Shown: positions 38,557 to 49,144, counted from the stretch's first letter. The stretch: DNA of 64,000 nt from an uncultured delta proteobacterium (GCA_963760795.1 CAVXEP010000002.1:149331-213330); one strand, 5' to 3'. Translations and numbers: made by a program. The notes: a model not told the origin generated them from the letters alone.

Positions 38557-39435
38557 CTTTCCATTGCCGAGATCCTGTGCGTGTGTGCGATTTTCCCAGA
38601 GAATCGACTAAAAGCAGATCTACGATTAACGTTCGATTGATATCGATGATCGAGCGATGTCCTCCCTCCGCAGGCTAAGATCGAGCTGTATGCCCCCAGC
38701 AATGCCTTCCCAACGCTGTTCTTCACGCTCCCCGCTTTGCTCATGAACCGCTTCGCCATAGCCGTCACTGAACCAAATATCAGAGCCGGCCATGGGCTCC
38801 GGGTCATTGCTCGCCGAGGTTTTATTAAGCCCACTCGAACGACTCGGCGAGCGCCTAACTATGATCAGTGTCCTCGGCATAGCTTTCTGTCAGTGGCACA
38901 GGAGAAGGAAGCATACGGCGCCGAGACATTTCCGGCAGCATAAGTTCGTCTAGAGCGCTCGGGAAAGCGGATTTTGGATTTAGCGCGGTTCTTTCATAAT
39001 TACATAGTCAGCGAAGATGAAATGATTTCATGCACTTCCAAGATTCGGCGCGAAATGACAAGACAATGGGTAAAGTTACAACGAGCCCGGATTTCATCTA
39101 AAGGGTCGTGGCCGGCAACGGTGTCATCAGAACTCATCGAACGCTTCGCGAATTACTCTTTCGGTTGAACCAACCGCACTATCCCTATCTGTCGCAACAG
39201 AAATATTAGCCGCGGTGCAAAAATAGCCGCCAGCGAGCTTTTCCCGCTGAACGAATAGACGAAGCTCCTTGTCATTCCGAGTCACGCCCGCCCAATTGCC
39301 TCTCCTCCCTCCTGGGTCCTGATCTTGCTCAGTCTCCAGCGATATCAATTTTGACCAGCGCACCTGCATTGAACAACGCCAGCTTCGGGCCGCAGCGCTA
39401 AGCAAGCGACCGCAGGCGCACAAAGAGGAGGGAAC

Positions 39436-41124
39436 ATGATCGCAGAGAAAGGTTTTACAGCAAAGCTCCTATGCTACTCGCTGGTGGTCATTACAGGGCT
39501 ATGGCACGCCAGCGATACTTACGGCGCTGTGGCGCCAAAGGCTACCGAAGCGGAAGCAGTTCGATTTCTCCAGCAAGCGAGTTGGGGGCCCAATAAGGCA
39601 ACAATGCAAAAAGTCCAGCAGCAAGGCATCGCCGCGTGGATCGATGGGCAACTCAAAGCTCGACCCAAGGCTTACCCTAATCTCAGATTCTACCCTGAAT
39701 CCCAGCCGGCAAACTGCGTCGACACCTGCGCGCGCGACAACTACACCTATTATCAATTGCAGAAACACTTTTTTACCAACGCGCTCACAGGACAGGACCA
39801 ATTGCGCCAACGGGCAGCCTTCGCGCTGAGCCAGATCTTCGTCACCGCGCAGGGCGCCGTTCCCATGCCGGCATGGATGCGAACCTACCAGCAATTGCTC
39901 TACGACAATGCCTTCGGCAACTACCGGGAGCTGCTCTTCGATATCGCGCTAACGCCGGCGATGGGCCGCTACCTCGACATGCTCAACAACCGCTGCCAGA
40001 CACCGGTTCCCGCCAACGTTAATATTTGCCGCAACGGTTCGAGCGCTCAGCCCAACGAAAACTTTGCCCGGGAAATTCTCCAGCTATTCTCGATCGGCAC
40101 CTTCATGATGAATCAGGACGGCACTTACCAAACCGACGGCGCTGGCCAGCCGATACCGACCTACGATCAAGCCAAGGTCGAGGAATTCGCGCGCGTCTTC
40201 ACCGGCTGGGTACTCGCTCCGCCGCTGCGAGGTGTCGGCGGCGAAGTGCCCAACTACAAAGTCCCCATGGTGGTGCGTCGCAACAGCCAAAACCAGGAAA
40301 TGCATCATGATCGTGGCGCGAAAACATTGCTCAATGGCGCAGTCATCCCGGCCGGCACAGATGCCGAGGTGGAATTGAATCTAGTCATCGACAACATCGT
40401 CAGTCATGCCAACGTCGCCCCGTTCATCTCTAAGCAGTTGATTCGCCATCTGGTGACGGCTAACCCGTCTCCCGCCTATGTCGGCCGGATAGCGGCGATT
40501 TTTTCCGCGAACCTCAATAGCGCCGACCAACTTGGGGTAGTGATTAAAGCGATTCTGATGGACCCCGAAGCGCGCACTCTACCCGATTCGGCGGTCGATC
40601 CCGATGCCGGCAAACTCAACGAACCGGTAGTGTTTATGCTCAACTTCCTGCGCGCCTTTGAGGCCAAGAGCGACGGCGTCCTCAACGGCGGCTCGCGCGG
40701 CTCGGCAGCGATGAATCAAGATGTATTTCGCTCGCCGACCGTCTTCAACTACTACCCGGCGGAATACGAGGTCCCCGGCGAACCTAATCTGGTCGGTCCG
40801 GTGTTTGGTATTTTTTCGACCCTGACGACGATTACGCGGGCTAATTTTATCAATCAAGTGCTTTTCTCGGGTATTCCGGTGAGCCTGCCGAATACACCGA
40901 AAGGCACCGCTCTAACTCTAAAAATCTGGGAAGACCTTGCCGACACCCCGGTGGAGTTGGTCGACCGATTGAGCTGCTGGATGCTCCACTGCACCATGTC
41001 GCAGGAGATGAAAACCATTATCGTCAACGCGGTGAACACCGTGCCGGTAACGAGTTTGCTCTTACGCGCGCAGACGGCGATCTATCTGGTCGCGACATCG
41101 AACCACTATCAAGTTCTACGCTAG
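39436..41124 (+). CDS. DUF1800 family protein, second paralog
   Basis: Signal peptide; AVRFLQQASWGP, DQLRQRAAFALSQIFV, PNENFAREILQLFSIG, SPTVFNYY. Confidence 0.9.
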   Translation: MIAEKGFTAKLLCYSLVVITGLWHASDTYGAVAPKATEAEAVRFLQQASWGPNKATMQKVQQQGIAAWIDGQLKARPKAYPNLRFYPESQPANCVDTCARDNYTYYQLQKHFFTNALTGQDQLRQRAAFALSQIFVTAQGAVPMPAWMRTYQQLLYDNAFGNYRELLFDIALTPAMGRYLDMLNNRCQTPVPANVNICRNGSSAQPNENFAREILQLFSIGTFMMNQDGTYQTDGAGQPIPTYDQAKVEEFARVFTGWVLAPPLRGVGGEVPNYKVPMVVRRNSQNQEMHHDRGAKTLLNGAVIPAGTDAEVELNLVIDNIVSHANVAPFISKQLIRHLVTANPSPAYVGRIAAIFSANLNSADQLGVVIKAILMDPEARTLPDSAVDPDAGKLNEPVVFMLNFLRAFEAKSDGVLNGGSRGSAAMNQDVFRSPTVFNYYPAEYEVPGEPNLVGPVFGIFSTLTTITRANFINQVLFSGIPVSLPNTPKGTALTLKIWEDLADTPVELVDRLSCWMLHCTMSQEMKTIIVNAVNTVPVTSLLLRAQTAIYLVATSNHYQVLR

Positions 41125-41138
41125 AGAAGGAGAATCAT

Positions 41139-42572
41139 ATGGCACTCACACGGAGAGAATTTTTATTGCGCAGCTTCGGCGCCCTCGGCGCGGCGACCCT
41201 GGCGATGGAACGGTTCGGTATGGCCGACGCCTTTGCCCAGGCCGCCGACTACAAAGCGTTGGTATGCGTATTTCTCTTTGGCGGCAATGACAGCGATAAT
41301 ATTCTGATTCCCTATGACAATTATTCCCAGTACGCGGTCAAACGAAACAACTCGGCGAATGTCGGCATCCCGCAAGCCAGTTTACTGCAAATTACTCCAA
41401 GCAGTGGGTTAGGGGGAGCGAAGTTCGGCCTGCACCCGTCGCTCGACGGCATCAAGTCGCTCTGGGACCTCGGCAAGGTAGCGATCATGCCCAACACGGG
41501 TCCGTTGGTGGAACCACTGACGCGAAACGAATACCGTAATCGCCTCAAACGAATTCCATTGAATCTGTTTTCCCATTCCGACCAGGAGAACCAATGGCAG
41601 ACCGCGGTGGCCAACGGCTTCATATCGACCGGTTGGGGCGGCCGCACCGCGGATGCCATCGCGAGTTTGAATGGCAGCGCCACGTTTCCGATGATCGCGA
41701 CGATGGCCGGTAATAATATTTTCAGCACCGGCGCCTTCCGCCGGCCCCTCGCGCTCTCCCCCGCGCCCGCATCTCTGAGCCGAGTCATCAGACTGGACGG
41801 TTTCCCCAACCCCCCAGCGTCATTGCAAGGCATTCCTCGCTACGATGCCATGGAAGCGATTCAAGCGCTCGACGGCGGCTTTACCGTGGTCAAGGCAGCC
41901 AACGAAATCAACTTGAGTACCTTTGCGACGATGGAGGCCTTGCGCTCGGCTACCGATCCGGTCGTTTCACCCTTTCCACTCAATCCGAGAACCGGACTCG
42001 GCAATCAACTCGAACAGGTGGCCAAGGTCATTAGCCTGCGCGACACGCTCGCTCTCAAACGCCAGATATTTTTCTGTTCCATCGGCGGTTTCGATACCCA
42101 TGGCGACCAAGTGAACGGCAACGATCCCACCACCGGCCAACATGCCGACCTGTGGGCGACCATCGACAACGCTGTCAAAGCATTTTACGACGCCACAGTG
42201 GGATTGGGCGTCCAGAATAACGTCACCCTGTGCACCATGAGCGAATTCGGCCGCACCTATGTGCCCAACGGTGGCTTGGGTACCGATCACGCTTGGGGCA
42301 ATCATGTTTTCGTTGTCGGCGGCGCGGTCAACGGCGGCAACTTCTACGGCGTTCCGGGTCCAAACGGCACCGTCTTTCCGACCCTGGCTGCCGCAGGGCC
42401 AAATGACACCGACAATGGCAGCGGCGCCCGTGGCCGCTGGATCCCAACGACAGCCATCGACCAAGTTGCGACAACCTTGGCGAGTTGGATGGGGGTTGCC
42501 AACGCCGATCTAGCTGGGATCAGCCCCAACATCGCCAACTTTAGCACGGCAAATCTAGGGTTCATGAGCTAG
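41139..42572 (+). CDS. DUF1501 family protein, second paralog, Tat signal
   Basis: MALTRREFL; DYKALVCVFLFGGNDSDN, LFSHSDQE, GGFDTH, SEFGRT, GTDHAWG. Confidence 0.9.
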   Translation: MALTRREFLLRSFGALGAATLAMERFGMADAFAQAADYKALVCVFLFGGNDSDNILIPYDNYSQYAVKRNNSANVGIPQASLLQITPSSGLGGAKFGLHPSLDGIKSLWDLGKVAIMPNTGPLVEPLTRNEYRNRLKRIPLNLFSHSDQENQWQTAVANGFISTGWGGRTADAIASLNGSATFPMIATMAGNNIFSTGAFRRPLALSPAPASLSRVIRLDGFPNPPASLQGIPRYDAMEAIQALDGGFTVVKAANEINLSTFATMEALRSATDPVVSPFPLNPRTGLGNQLEQVAKVISLRDTLALKRQIFFCSIGGFDTHGDQVNGNDPTTGQHADLWATIDNAVKAFYDATVGLGVQNNVTLCTMSEFGRTYVPNGGLGTDHAWGNHVFVVGGAVNGGNFYGVPGPNGTVFPTLAAAGPNDTDNGSGARGRWIPTTAIDQVATTLASWMGVANADLAGISPNIANFSTANLGFMS

Positions 42573-42594
42573 CCGCTTGAAACGAATCCGCATC

Positions 42595-42641
42595 ACGCCC
42601 GGTAGCGCGAAATTGATACTGAGTTTCGCGCTACCGGGCGT
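42595..42641. terminator. Strong hairpin after the second DUF1501 gene
   Basis: 18-bp perfect inverted repeat acgcccggtagcgcgaaa / tttcgcgctaccgggcgt. Confidence 0.65.
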
Positions 42642-42910
42642 ATCGCCTCTCATAGTAACTTCAAGAACCAAGCGGCCATGGCCGGACGACGCGACGAGAT
42701 TCTTTTTACCACGAAGGACAAAGTGCGGCACAGCCGCAACCGAGACTCGGATTATCCCCTGCAAAGTCGCAAAGGTGGAGAAAAACGTGGCAATCATTCG
42801 TAAGATTATTATTCCCCTCTGATCTTGGCGTCTTTGCGCCTTGGTGGGAGGAATATCAGAATCCGAGAGACTTTAACTTGCGGAATAGTTTCCTCCGCCT
42901 GCGTAAACTT

Positions 42911-43050
42911 TTAACCCGCCATTGCCGTGAGTTTCTCGGCACTGCCTGGCGCGTGGCTAACAGTGCGATCACTATTCTTCGGCCTTTTCCCGTCACCGCA
43001 TACGGTGGGTATTGGGCACTTTGGCGATCAACCCATGGCCGCGCAGGACT
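42911..43050 (-). pseudogene. C-terminal remnant of a putative transposase (winged-helix tail)
   Basis: With two 1-nt gaps it reads LRGHGLIAKVPNTHRYAVTGKGRRIVIALLATRQASAEKLTAMAG*, resembling the tail of a widespread unclassified mobile-element protein (recognised from memory). Confidence 0.5.
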
Positions 43051-43283
43051 CCGATCACTTCGCTTTGGTGAGCTCTCACGAACGCCTGCCCGACCTCTAG
43101 CTTCAACCAATTCTCTGTGCTTGTTGCAATGACTTCCTTTTCCATCACGGCTCTAACTCCGTCACTTTGGTCGCGGCTCTGCTGTGCTTAGTTCTTTGCG
43201 TGACTTGAATCCTCCTCGGTTGAGGCCATGTCGCGCTAGATTATTCGTGGTGAAGATGCTTTCACACCAAACCCAGATGTAAC

Positions 43284-44498
43284 TTAGGTCAGCACTTCTT
43301 CCTCGCGCCACTGCTCGATGGTGGCTTTGTCATAACCCAGCAGTTCGCCGAGGATTTGGTCGTTGTCCGAGCCAAGCCGGGCCGGCAGCTTGAGCGGATC
43401 TTCTGGCACACTTTTGAAGACAAAACCGCTGCGCGGAATTTCAAAAGGGCCAATCAGCGACTCGGGAAATGGCGAGAAATAATTGCGATGGCGCAGCTGC
43501 GGATCTTTGAGCAAGTCAGCGCCGGTCTGCACCACGCTGGCCGGCACACCCGCCGCTTGGCACCTGGTCATCACCTCTTCCGCCGGGCGCGCCTCGGTCC
43601 ATTCTTTGACAATGGCATCAAGCTCCACGCAATTATTCAAACGCGACTGGAGAGTAGTAAATCTTGCATCGCTGACGAGTTCCGCCCGGCCGGTGACACG
43701 GCAGAAGCTCCGCCACTCGGCATCGTCGCGTACCGAGATCACACACCAACGATCCTCGCCCTGGCAACGGTAGACACCATGAGGGGCAGCCAACGCGTAA
43801 TGATTGCCACGAGGTTTGGGGTCGTCGCCGTTCACCGAAGTTTCCAAATAAGTCGTGCCCAACACCGCCGCGGTGCCTTCGATCTGCGCCAGGTCGATGG
43901 TCACGCCTTTACCACTGCGCCGGCTGTGCAAAAGTGCCGCGATCATCATCGTCGGACCCAAAACGAAACCCAAGTGATCCGGATAGACCCCCTGGCTGCC
44001 AATGGGCCGATCCTGCTCGGGGTGATTCCAAAGATAAGTGATGCCGGAGAAAGCCGTCAGATTGAACCCCCAGGTGCCGTAGCTGCTCTTCGGCCCTTCG
44101 GTGCCGAAACCGGGCAGTTTCACAACCACAAGTTTCGGATTAACTTTACGCAACTCGTCATCGCCTAAACCTAGTTTATCCAATACCCTAGGGCGAAAAT
44201 TCTCCAAGATCGCATCCGATTTACCGGCGAGTTCACGGATAAGCTTCGCCCCGGTGGGATTTTTCAGATTGATCGACAGCGAACGGACGCCGAGATTACA
44301 CTCAATAAAGCGCGGTGCCTCATCGATGTCCTTATGCTGGCCGTAATGGCGAAAGGTATCGAGGCCGCCCTTACGCGACTCGATCTTAATCACCTCCGCG
44401 CCATAGTTCGCCAGCAATCTGCCGGCGTAGGGGCCGGCGTAGCCGGTGGTGAAAGCGAGGATGCGGACACCCTTCAATATTTCGTTAGTCGTGCTCAT
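43284..44498 (-). CDS. Class III CoA-transferase (CaiB/BaiF), catalytic-type subunit
   Basis: LKGVRIL, AGPYAGRLLANYGAEVIKIES, ENFRP, GVYPDH (catalytic Asp position), APHGVYRC. Confidence 0.92.
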   Translation of the reverse strand: MSTTNEILKGVRILAFTTGYAGPYAGRLLANYGAEVIKIESRKGGLDTFRHYGQHKDIDEAPRFIECNLGVRSLSINLKNPTGAKLIRELAGKSDAILENFRPRVLDKLGLGDDELRKVNPKLVVVKLPGFGTEGPKSSYGTWGFNLTAFSGITYLWNHPEQDRPIGSQGVYPDHLGFVLGPTMMIAALLHSRRSGKGVTIDLAQIEGTAAVLGTTYLETSVNGDDPKPRGNHYALAAPHGVYRCQGEDRWCVISVRDDAEWRSFCRVTGRAELVSDARFTTLQSRLNNCVELDAIVKEWTEARPAEEVMTRCQAAGVPASVVQTGADLLKDPQLRHRNYFSPFPESLIGPFEIPRSGFVFKSVPEDPLKLPARLGSDNDQILGELLGYDKATIEQWREEEVLT

Positions 44499-44596
44499 AT
44501 TCAGCTCAGATTACAAATTCCAATTTCCACAATAATATTCCAGACTAAGGCAAGTTCTTGCCAATTTGGAATCGGGAATCGGTAATTTGGAATTGT

Positions 44597-45806
44597 TCAG
44601 ATAACCCCTTCCGCCGCCAATGCCGCTAAATCGCCCGCGCGCAAGCCCAACTCGCCGCGCAATATTTCATCGTTGTGCTGGCCGAGGAGCGGCGCGGGAG
44701 CCGGCCCGCCGCGCTTACCGTCCACGGTGAAGAAATTACCCGGCGCGTCGAAGCTGCCGAGCACCGGATGCGTCACTTGGCTAAAAAAGCCGCGCGCCTG
44801 AATATGCGGGTCCTTCATGAAGTCCGAAGGGGAATTCACCGGCAGTCCTGGGATACCGTGCTTCTGCATCAGCTCTGCCAGATCTTCTTTCGTGTAACGC
44901 ATCGTGAACGAGGTCACCTGCGCGTTGATGTAGTCGGCCTGCTGCCGCCGCAGGTTGCTATTGATCCACTTGGGATCGTCCAGCTCCGGCTCGTGATTGT
45001 CCCAAACCTTGAGCAGCAGCGGCCAGTGGGTCTGCGTGACGAACAAGGCGATCCAGCCGTTCTGGCACTGAAACAAATTCGCCGGTGCGTTGTGCTGGTG
45101 CTGGCTGCCGGCGCGTTTCATCACCCGGCCGTCGGAAGAAAAGTTAAACGCCACATGCTCGTGCAGCGCCATGCTCGCCTGCACCGAGCACATCGATCCA
45201 GGCGCCGATGCCGCGCATCTCGCGCTGCCACAGCGCCAACATCGTGCCATAGCAAGCCATCAAGCTGGCGTAATAATAGGACTGCGTCTCCGGCGGATTG
45301 CACGGCGTCATCTTCGGATCGCCGCTAATGTAGAGCAACGCACCCATGGCGTTGCCGACGATATCCGGCGCTTTGTAGTGCGCGTAGGGGCCCTCTTGGC
45401 CGAAACCGGTGAGCGAAACCAAGATCAGCTTGCTGTGCCTTTCCAGCAGCTGCGCATAGCCGAGACCGCGCGCCGCGAACTCGCCCGGCGCGAAAGTTTC
45501 AAGCACGACATCGGACTTCGCCACCAGATCGAGAAAGATCTTTCGCCCGCTGTCTTTGGCGATATCGAGCGTAATACTTTTTTTTCCGCCGTTGAGATAA
45601 GCAAAACGCAAGCTGCCCTCGCGGTGCGCATGGCCTTTGGCAAACGGCGGCTCCAACCGTCCAGCATCGCCGCCCGGCGGCTCGATCTTGATCACATCCA
45701 TGCCGAGATCGCGCAGCACCTTGCCGCAAAACGATCCCATGGACGAACTCAAGTCAAGGACGCGGTAGCCGGAGAGAAGCGGAGTTGCGTTGGTGATTTC
45801 AATCAT
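44597..45806 (-). CDS. Class III CoA-transferase (CaiB/BaiF), second subunit (frameshift near 45190)
   Basis: LSGYRVLDLS, DLGMDVIKIEPPGGD, LNGGKKSITLD, TGFGQEGPY, APLLGQHN. Confidence 0.9.
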
Positions 45807-45844
45807 GTGCAGGGTTCGATCGAAGTGTTGAATCGTCTGATTTC

Positions 45845-45912
45845 GAGGATGGACGATGGAGAATAGAGGATAGAGAATCGAAAGACGCCATCTTCCATCC
45901 TCTATCCTCGAC
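45845..45912. repeat. Heptamer (GAGGATG/CATCCTC) inverted tandem repeat
   Basis: gaggatggacgatggagaatagaggatagag ... ccatcttccatcctctatcctcg. Confidence 0.65.
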
Positions 45913-45918
45913 CGTTCT

Positions 45919-47082
45919 TCATCCCTTATGATTGCGAATAATATGTTCCGCCAGACGCCAGCGCAGCACCTCCGGCGTGCCTTCGGTGATGCGCAGGCTG
46001 CGCACCTGGCGGTACCACCATTCAAGCGGCAATTCGCGCATGAGACCTAAACCGCCGTGGACTTGAATCGAGCGGTCGACCACCCGGCTGGCCATCTCGG
46101 CGCACTGAATTTTCGTCATGTACGACAATTGACGAATATCCTCGCCACGATCATGGCGCCAGGCGCATTCGTAAACCATCAAGCGGCAAGCGTGCAGCTC
46201 CATGGCCGAGTCGGCGATCATGAACTGAATCGCCTGGCGGTTGGCCAGCGGCTGGCCGAATGTCGTGCGCACTTTGGAATATTCGATCATCATGTCGAGG
46301 GCACGAGAGGCAATACCCACCGGCCGCGCGCCATGGCCGCGCACGCGCCCCTCTTCGATCCATTTTTGCGCGATGGAAAAGCCCTGTCCTTCGCCGCCGA
46401 TCATGTCGGCCGCCGCCACGCGGACATTTTCAAAATGAATTTGCCCCGGCGTGTCGCCCATCATGGTCGGCCAGAGCCTTTCCAGCGTCACGCCCGGCGC
46501 TTTCATGCTGACCATGAAACAGCTGACGCCGCCGCGCGCGCCCTTGACCGGATCGGTGACCGCGATCACCTGCGCGTAGTCGGCGGTCTTGGCGCCGGTG
46601 ATAAATCTTTTAGTGCCGTTGATGATGTAATGATCGCCGTCTTTGACCGCGCGGGTTTTCATCCCCGCCGGATCGCTGCCGGCATCGGGTTCGGTCTGGG
46701 CGAAACAGATGCGCATCTTGCCGTCGATCACCGGCTGCAAGAAACGTTTTTTCTGCTCGTCGTTGCAGTGAAACAACACCGGCCGCACTTCGGGACCGAA
46801 GATCGGCGCGTAACGAAACGGGATGGCGATGGTGCGCGCGACTTCTTCCATGATCACGCAGCGGCTCATCAAGTCGAGCCCCGCGCCGCCATACTCTTGC
46901 GGCACGTCGAGCAGCCACAGGCCGATCGCCTTGGCCTTCTCCTGGAGCGGCTTGATGAACTGCTCCGGCATATCTTCGCCTTCCGGCCGGCACTCCCGCT
47001 CCAGCGGGATCAGCTCGCGGTCGACGAATTTACGCACCGTGGCTTTAAGAATTTGCAGTTCTTCGGGGAGATTGAAGTCCAC
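45919..47082 (-). CDS. Acyl-CoA dehydrogenase
   Basis: GTG start with GGAG RBS; FAQTEPDAGSD, INGTKRFIT, RTTFGQPL, QVHGGLG, RITEGTPEV. Confidence 0.93.
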   Translation of the reverse strand: MDFNLPEELQILKATVRKFVDRELIPLERECRPEGEDMPEQFIKPLQEKAKAIGLWLLDVPQEYGGAGLDLMSRCVIMEEVARTIAIPFRYAPIFGPEVRPVLFHCNDEQKKRFLQPVIDGKMRICFAQTEPDAGSDPAGMKTRAVKDGDHYIINGTKRFITGAKTADYAQVIAVTDPVKGARGGVSCFMVSMKAPGVTLERLWPTMMGDTPGQIHFENVRVAAADMIGGEGQGFSIAQKWIEEGRVRGHGARPVGIASRALDMMIEYSKVRTTFGQPLANRQAIQFMIADSAMELHACRLMVYECAWRHDRGEDIRQLSYMTKIQCAEMASRVVDRSIQVHGGLGLMRELPLEWWYRQVRSLRITEGTPEVLRWRLAEHIIRNHKG

Positions 47083-47173
47083 GCCGTCTCCATTCGTGGC
47101 TGCGGGATTTGGCTTGGGAAGCCAAGCCAAATCCCGCAACCAACATTGAACGCTTGAACCTTGAACGAGAAGC

Positions 47174-48013
47174 TTATTTCGCGTCCCGGTTGTACTCGCC
47201 CAACCCTGGCCGGTAGCTCTTCTTGTCGAGGAACTGTTCCATGCCGGTCTCGCGGCCCTTTTCCGGATCGGTGAGACGCAGCGCCGTGCCCTTGGCGCTC
47301 ATGTATTCTTCCGCCTGAGCGTAGTCCATGGTGCGGCAGTGTTTGTAGACTTCCTTGGCAGCGCGCAGCACCGCCGGGTTTTTCTTTTTCAGCTTATCGG
47401 CAAGAGCCATGGTCTCGGCGCGCAGCTTGTCTTTCGGCACGGCATAGTTGATCAGCTTCATTTCAGCGGCTTTTTTGCCATCGAACGGATCGCCGGTCAT
47501 GACGCACCACATGGCGTCGCGGTAACACATGGCGTCGGCCAACACGCGGCTCACCAAGCCACCAGGGAAGATTCCCCAGTTAACTTCGCTCAAACCGAAG
47601 ATCGCGTTTTCATCCGCGATGGCGAAGTCGCAAGCGATCAGCGGCGTAAACGCGCCGCCGAAGCAAAAGCCGTTAACCATGGCGATGGTCGGCTTGGGGA
47701 ACCAGAACAACCGGCGCCAGCGCCACTCCTGCGACGCCCAGCTCGCCTTGCGTCTTTCCAATGCATTGTTATCCGTGCCACGGAAATACTCCCGCAGATC
47801 CTGCCCCGCGCACCAGCTCGGCCCGGCGCCGGTGAGAACCAACACTTGGGTCTCTTTGTCGACTTCCAATTCGGTCAAGGCTTCAAGCATATCGTAGTGA
47901 AGCTGTGGGTTCATCGCGTTACGCTTCTCTGGACGATTGAGAATCACCCAAGTCGTCCCGTCCTCTTTTTCCACCCTGACGGTCTTATATTCTTTCCATA
48001 ATGTTGCAGCCAC
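47174..48013 (-). CDS. ech: p-Hydroxycinnamoyl/feruloyl-CoA hydratase-lyase (crotonase family)
   Basis: LNRPEKRNAM, WCAGQDLREYFR, WRWRRL..FPKPTIAMVNG.CFGGAF, GLSEVNWGI.PGG, C-terminal QFLDKKSYRPGLG characteristic of HCHL. Confidence 0.88.
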   Translation of the reverse strand: MAATLWKEYKTVRVEKEDGTTWVILNRPEKRNAMNPQLHYDMLEALTELEVDKETQVLVLTGAGPSWCAGQDLREYFRGTDNNALERRKASWASQEWRWRRLFWFPKPTIAMVNGFCFGGAFTPLIACDFAIADENAIFGLSEVNWGIFPGGLVSRVLADAMCYRDAMWCVMTGDPFDGKKAAEMKLINYAVPKDKLRAETMALADKLKKKNPAVLRAAKEVYKHCRTMDYAQAEEYMSAKGTALRLTDPEKGRETGMEQFLDKKSYRPGLGEYNRDAK

Positions 48014-48114
48014 GTTTCGTACCTCCTTAGTTTATTGCCAAACTTAAACAATTCTTATTCGACCCACTGGGAAACTGTCAAGCGGATTCAAACGAATGTT
48101 TGCCTCTGGAACGG

Positions 48115-49107
48115 TTATTTCGCATACAACGTTTTTACAAACCCGCTCGCTTCGATTTCCTTGAGTAAGCTGTCGTCGACGAACGATTTAGGATCGGCGG
48201 TTTTGGCTTTAGGAATGTCCTTCTCGACGAAGCCGAGCAACGTCTCAACGCCGCGCAAAGATGGATAAGGGATCGTCTCATAGTATTTGGCCGTCAACAG
48301 ATCCAACGACCGCTCGAGATTGCGGGTCTGTTCAGGGCCTAAGCGAAGTTTTTTTCTGACGATATCGATACTCTCTTTTTTATTTTGCTTCACGAAAGCG
48401 ATGCCTTCGACGTATCCTCTAAGAAATCTCAGGACCTTATCGCGATTGTTCTTAATGTATTGGCGCGTGGACGCGACCATTGTGTGCAGATAGTAGATGT
48501 CGGTGTCCGCCATGTCGAGTAACACTCGATAGCCGCGGTCTTCAGCGACAAACATAGAAGGGATCGTCAGCACAGCCCCATCGCTGCCACCCTTGTCCAT
48601 GCTCGCCATCATATTCGGTGAGGAGCCGAGCTGCATTACCTGAATATCGCTTACAGTCATCTTCCAGCGCTGCAGTATCATCAGCAGCACAGAATGAGAA
48701 ATCGCGCCGACGCGGGTCACGCCAATGCGCTTGCCCCTAAGGTCCGCCGGAGTTTTGATCTCGGGTTTGGTCACGAGTCTCTGCAATCCCTTGTTGACCA
48801 CGCCGGCGATCATCACCGTGTCGCCGCCTTGGAGCGTCGCCGCAACCAAGACATCGCCCGCCGAGTTTACTATTTGAATGTCGTTCGCCAGCAACGCGCT
48901 GATGCCTGCGCTACCACCCTGACCGGTCACAATTACTTCGGGGTCAATTCCGTTTTTGCGCAAAAACCCCTTTTCTTCAGCGACCCAAAGCGCGGAGTGG
49001 AGCCCGCTCACCGAGCTCAGCCCCACGCGTAGTTTCTCTTGGGCCATCGACCGATTCGCAGGCAATAAAATGAAAATCAACCCGATGATTGTGACACACC
49101 TTTTCAT
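48115..49107 (-). CDS. ABC transporter substrate-binding protein, NMT1/SsuA/THI5-like
   Basis: Signal peptide, LWVAEEKGFLRKNGID, IKTPADLRGKRIG, FVDDSLLKEIEASGF. Confidence 0.88.
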   Translation of the reverse strand: MKRCVTIIGLIFILLPANRSMAQEKLRVGLSSVSGLHSALWVAEEKGFLRKNGIDPEVIVTGQGGSAGISALLANDIQIVNSAGDVLVAATLQGGDTVMIAGVVNKGLQRLVTKPEIKTPADLRGKRIGVTRVGAISHSVLLMILQRWKMTVSDIQVMQLGSSPNMMASMDKGGSDGAVLTIPSMFVAEDRGYRVLLDMADTDIYYLHTMVASTRQYIKNNRDKVLRFLRGYVEGIAFVKQNKKESIDIVRKKLRLGPEQTRNLERSLDLLTAKYYETIPYPSLRGVETLLGFVEKDIPKAKTADPKSFVDDSLLKEIEASGFVKTLYAK

Positions 49108-49144
49108 GTTCTACTCCTGACCTTGACTTTGAACGAACTGCCGA

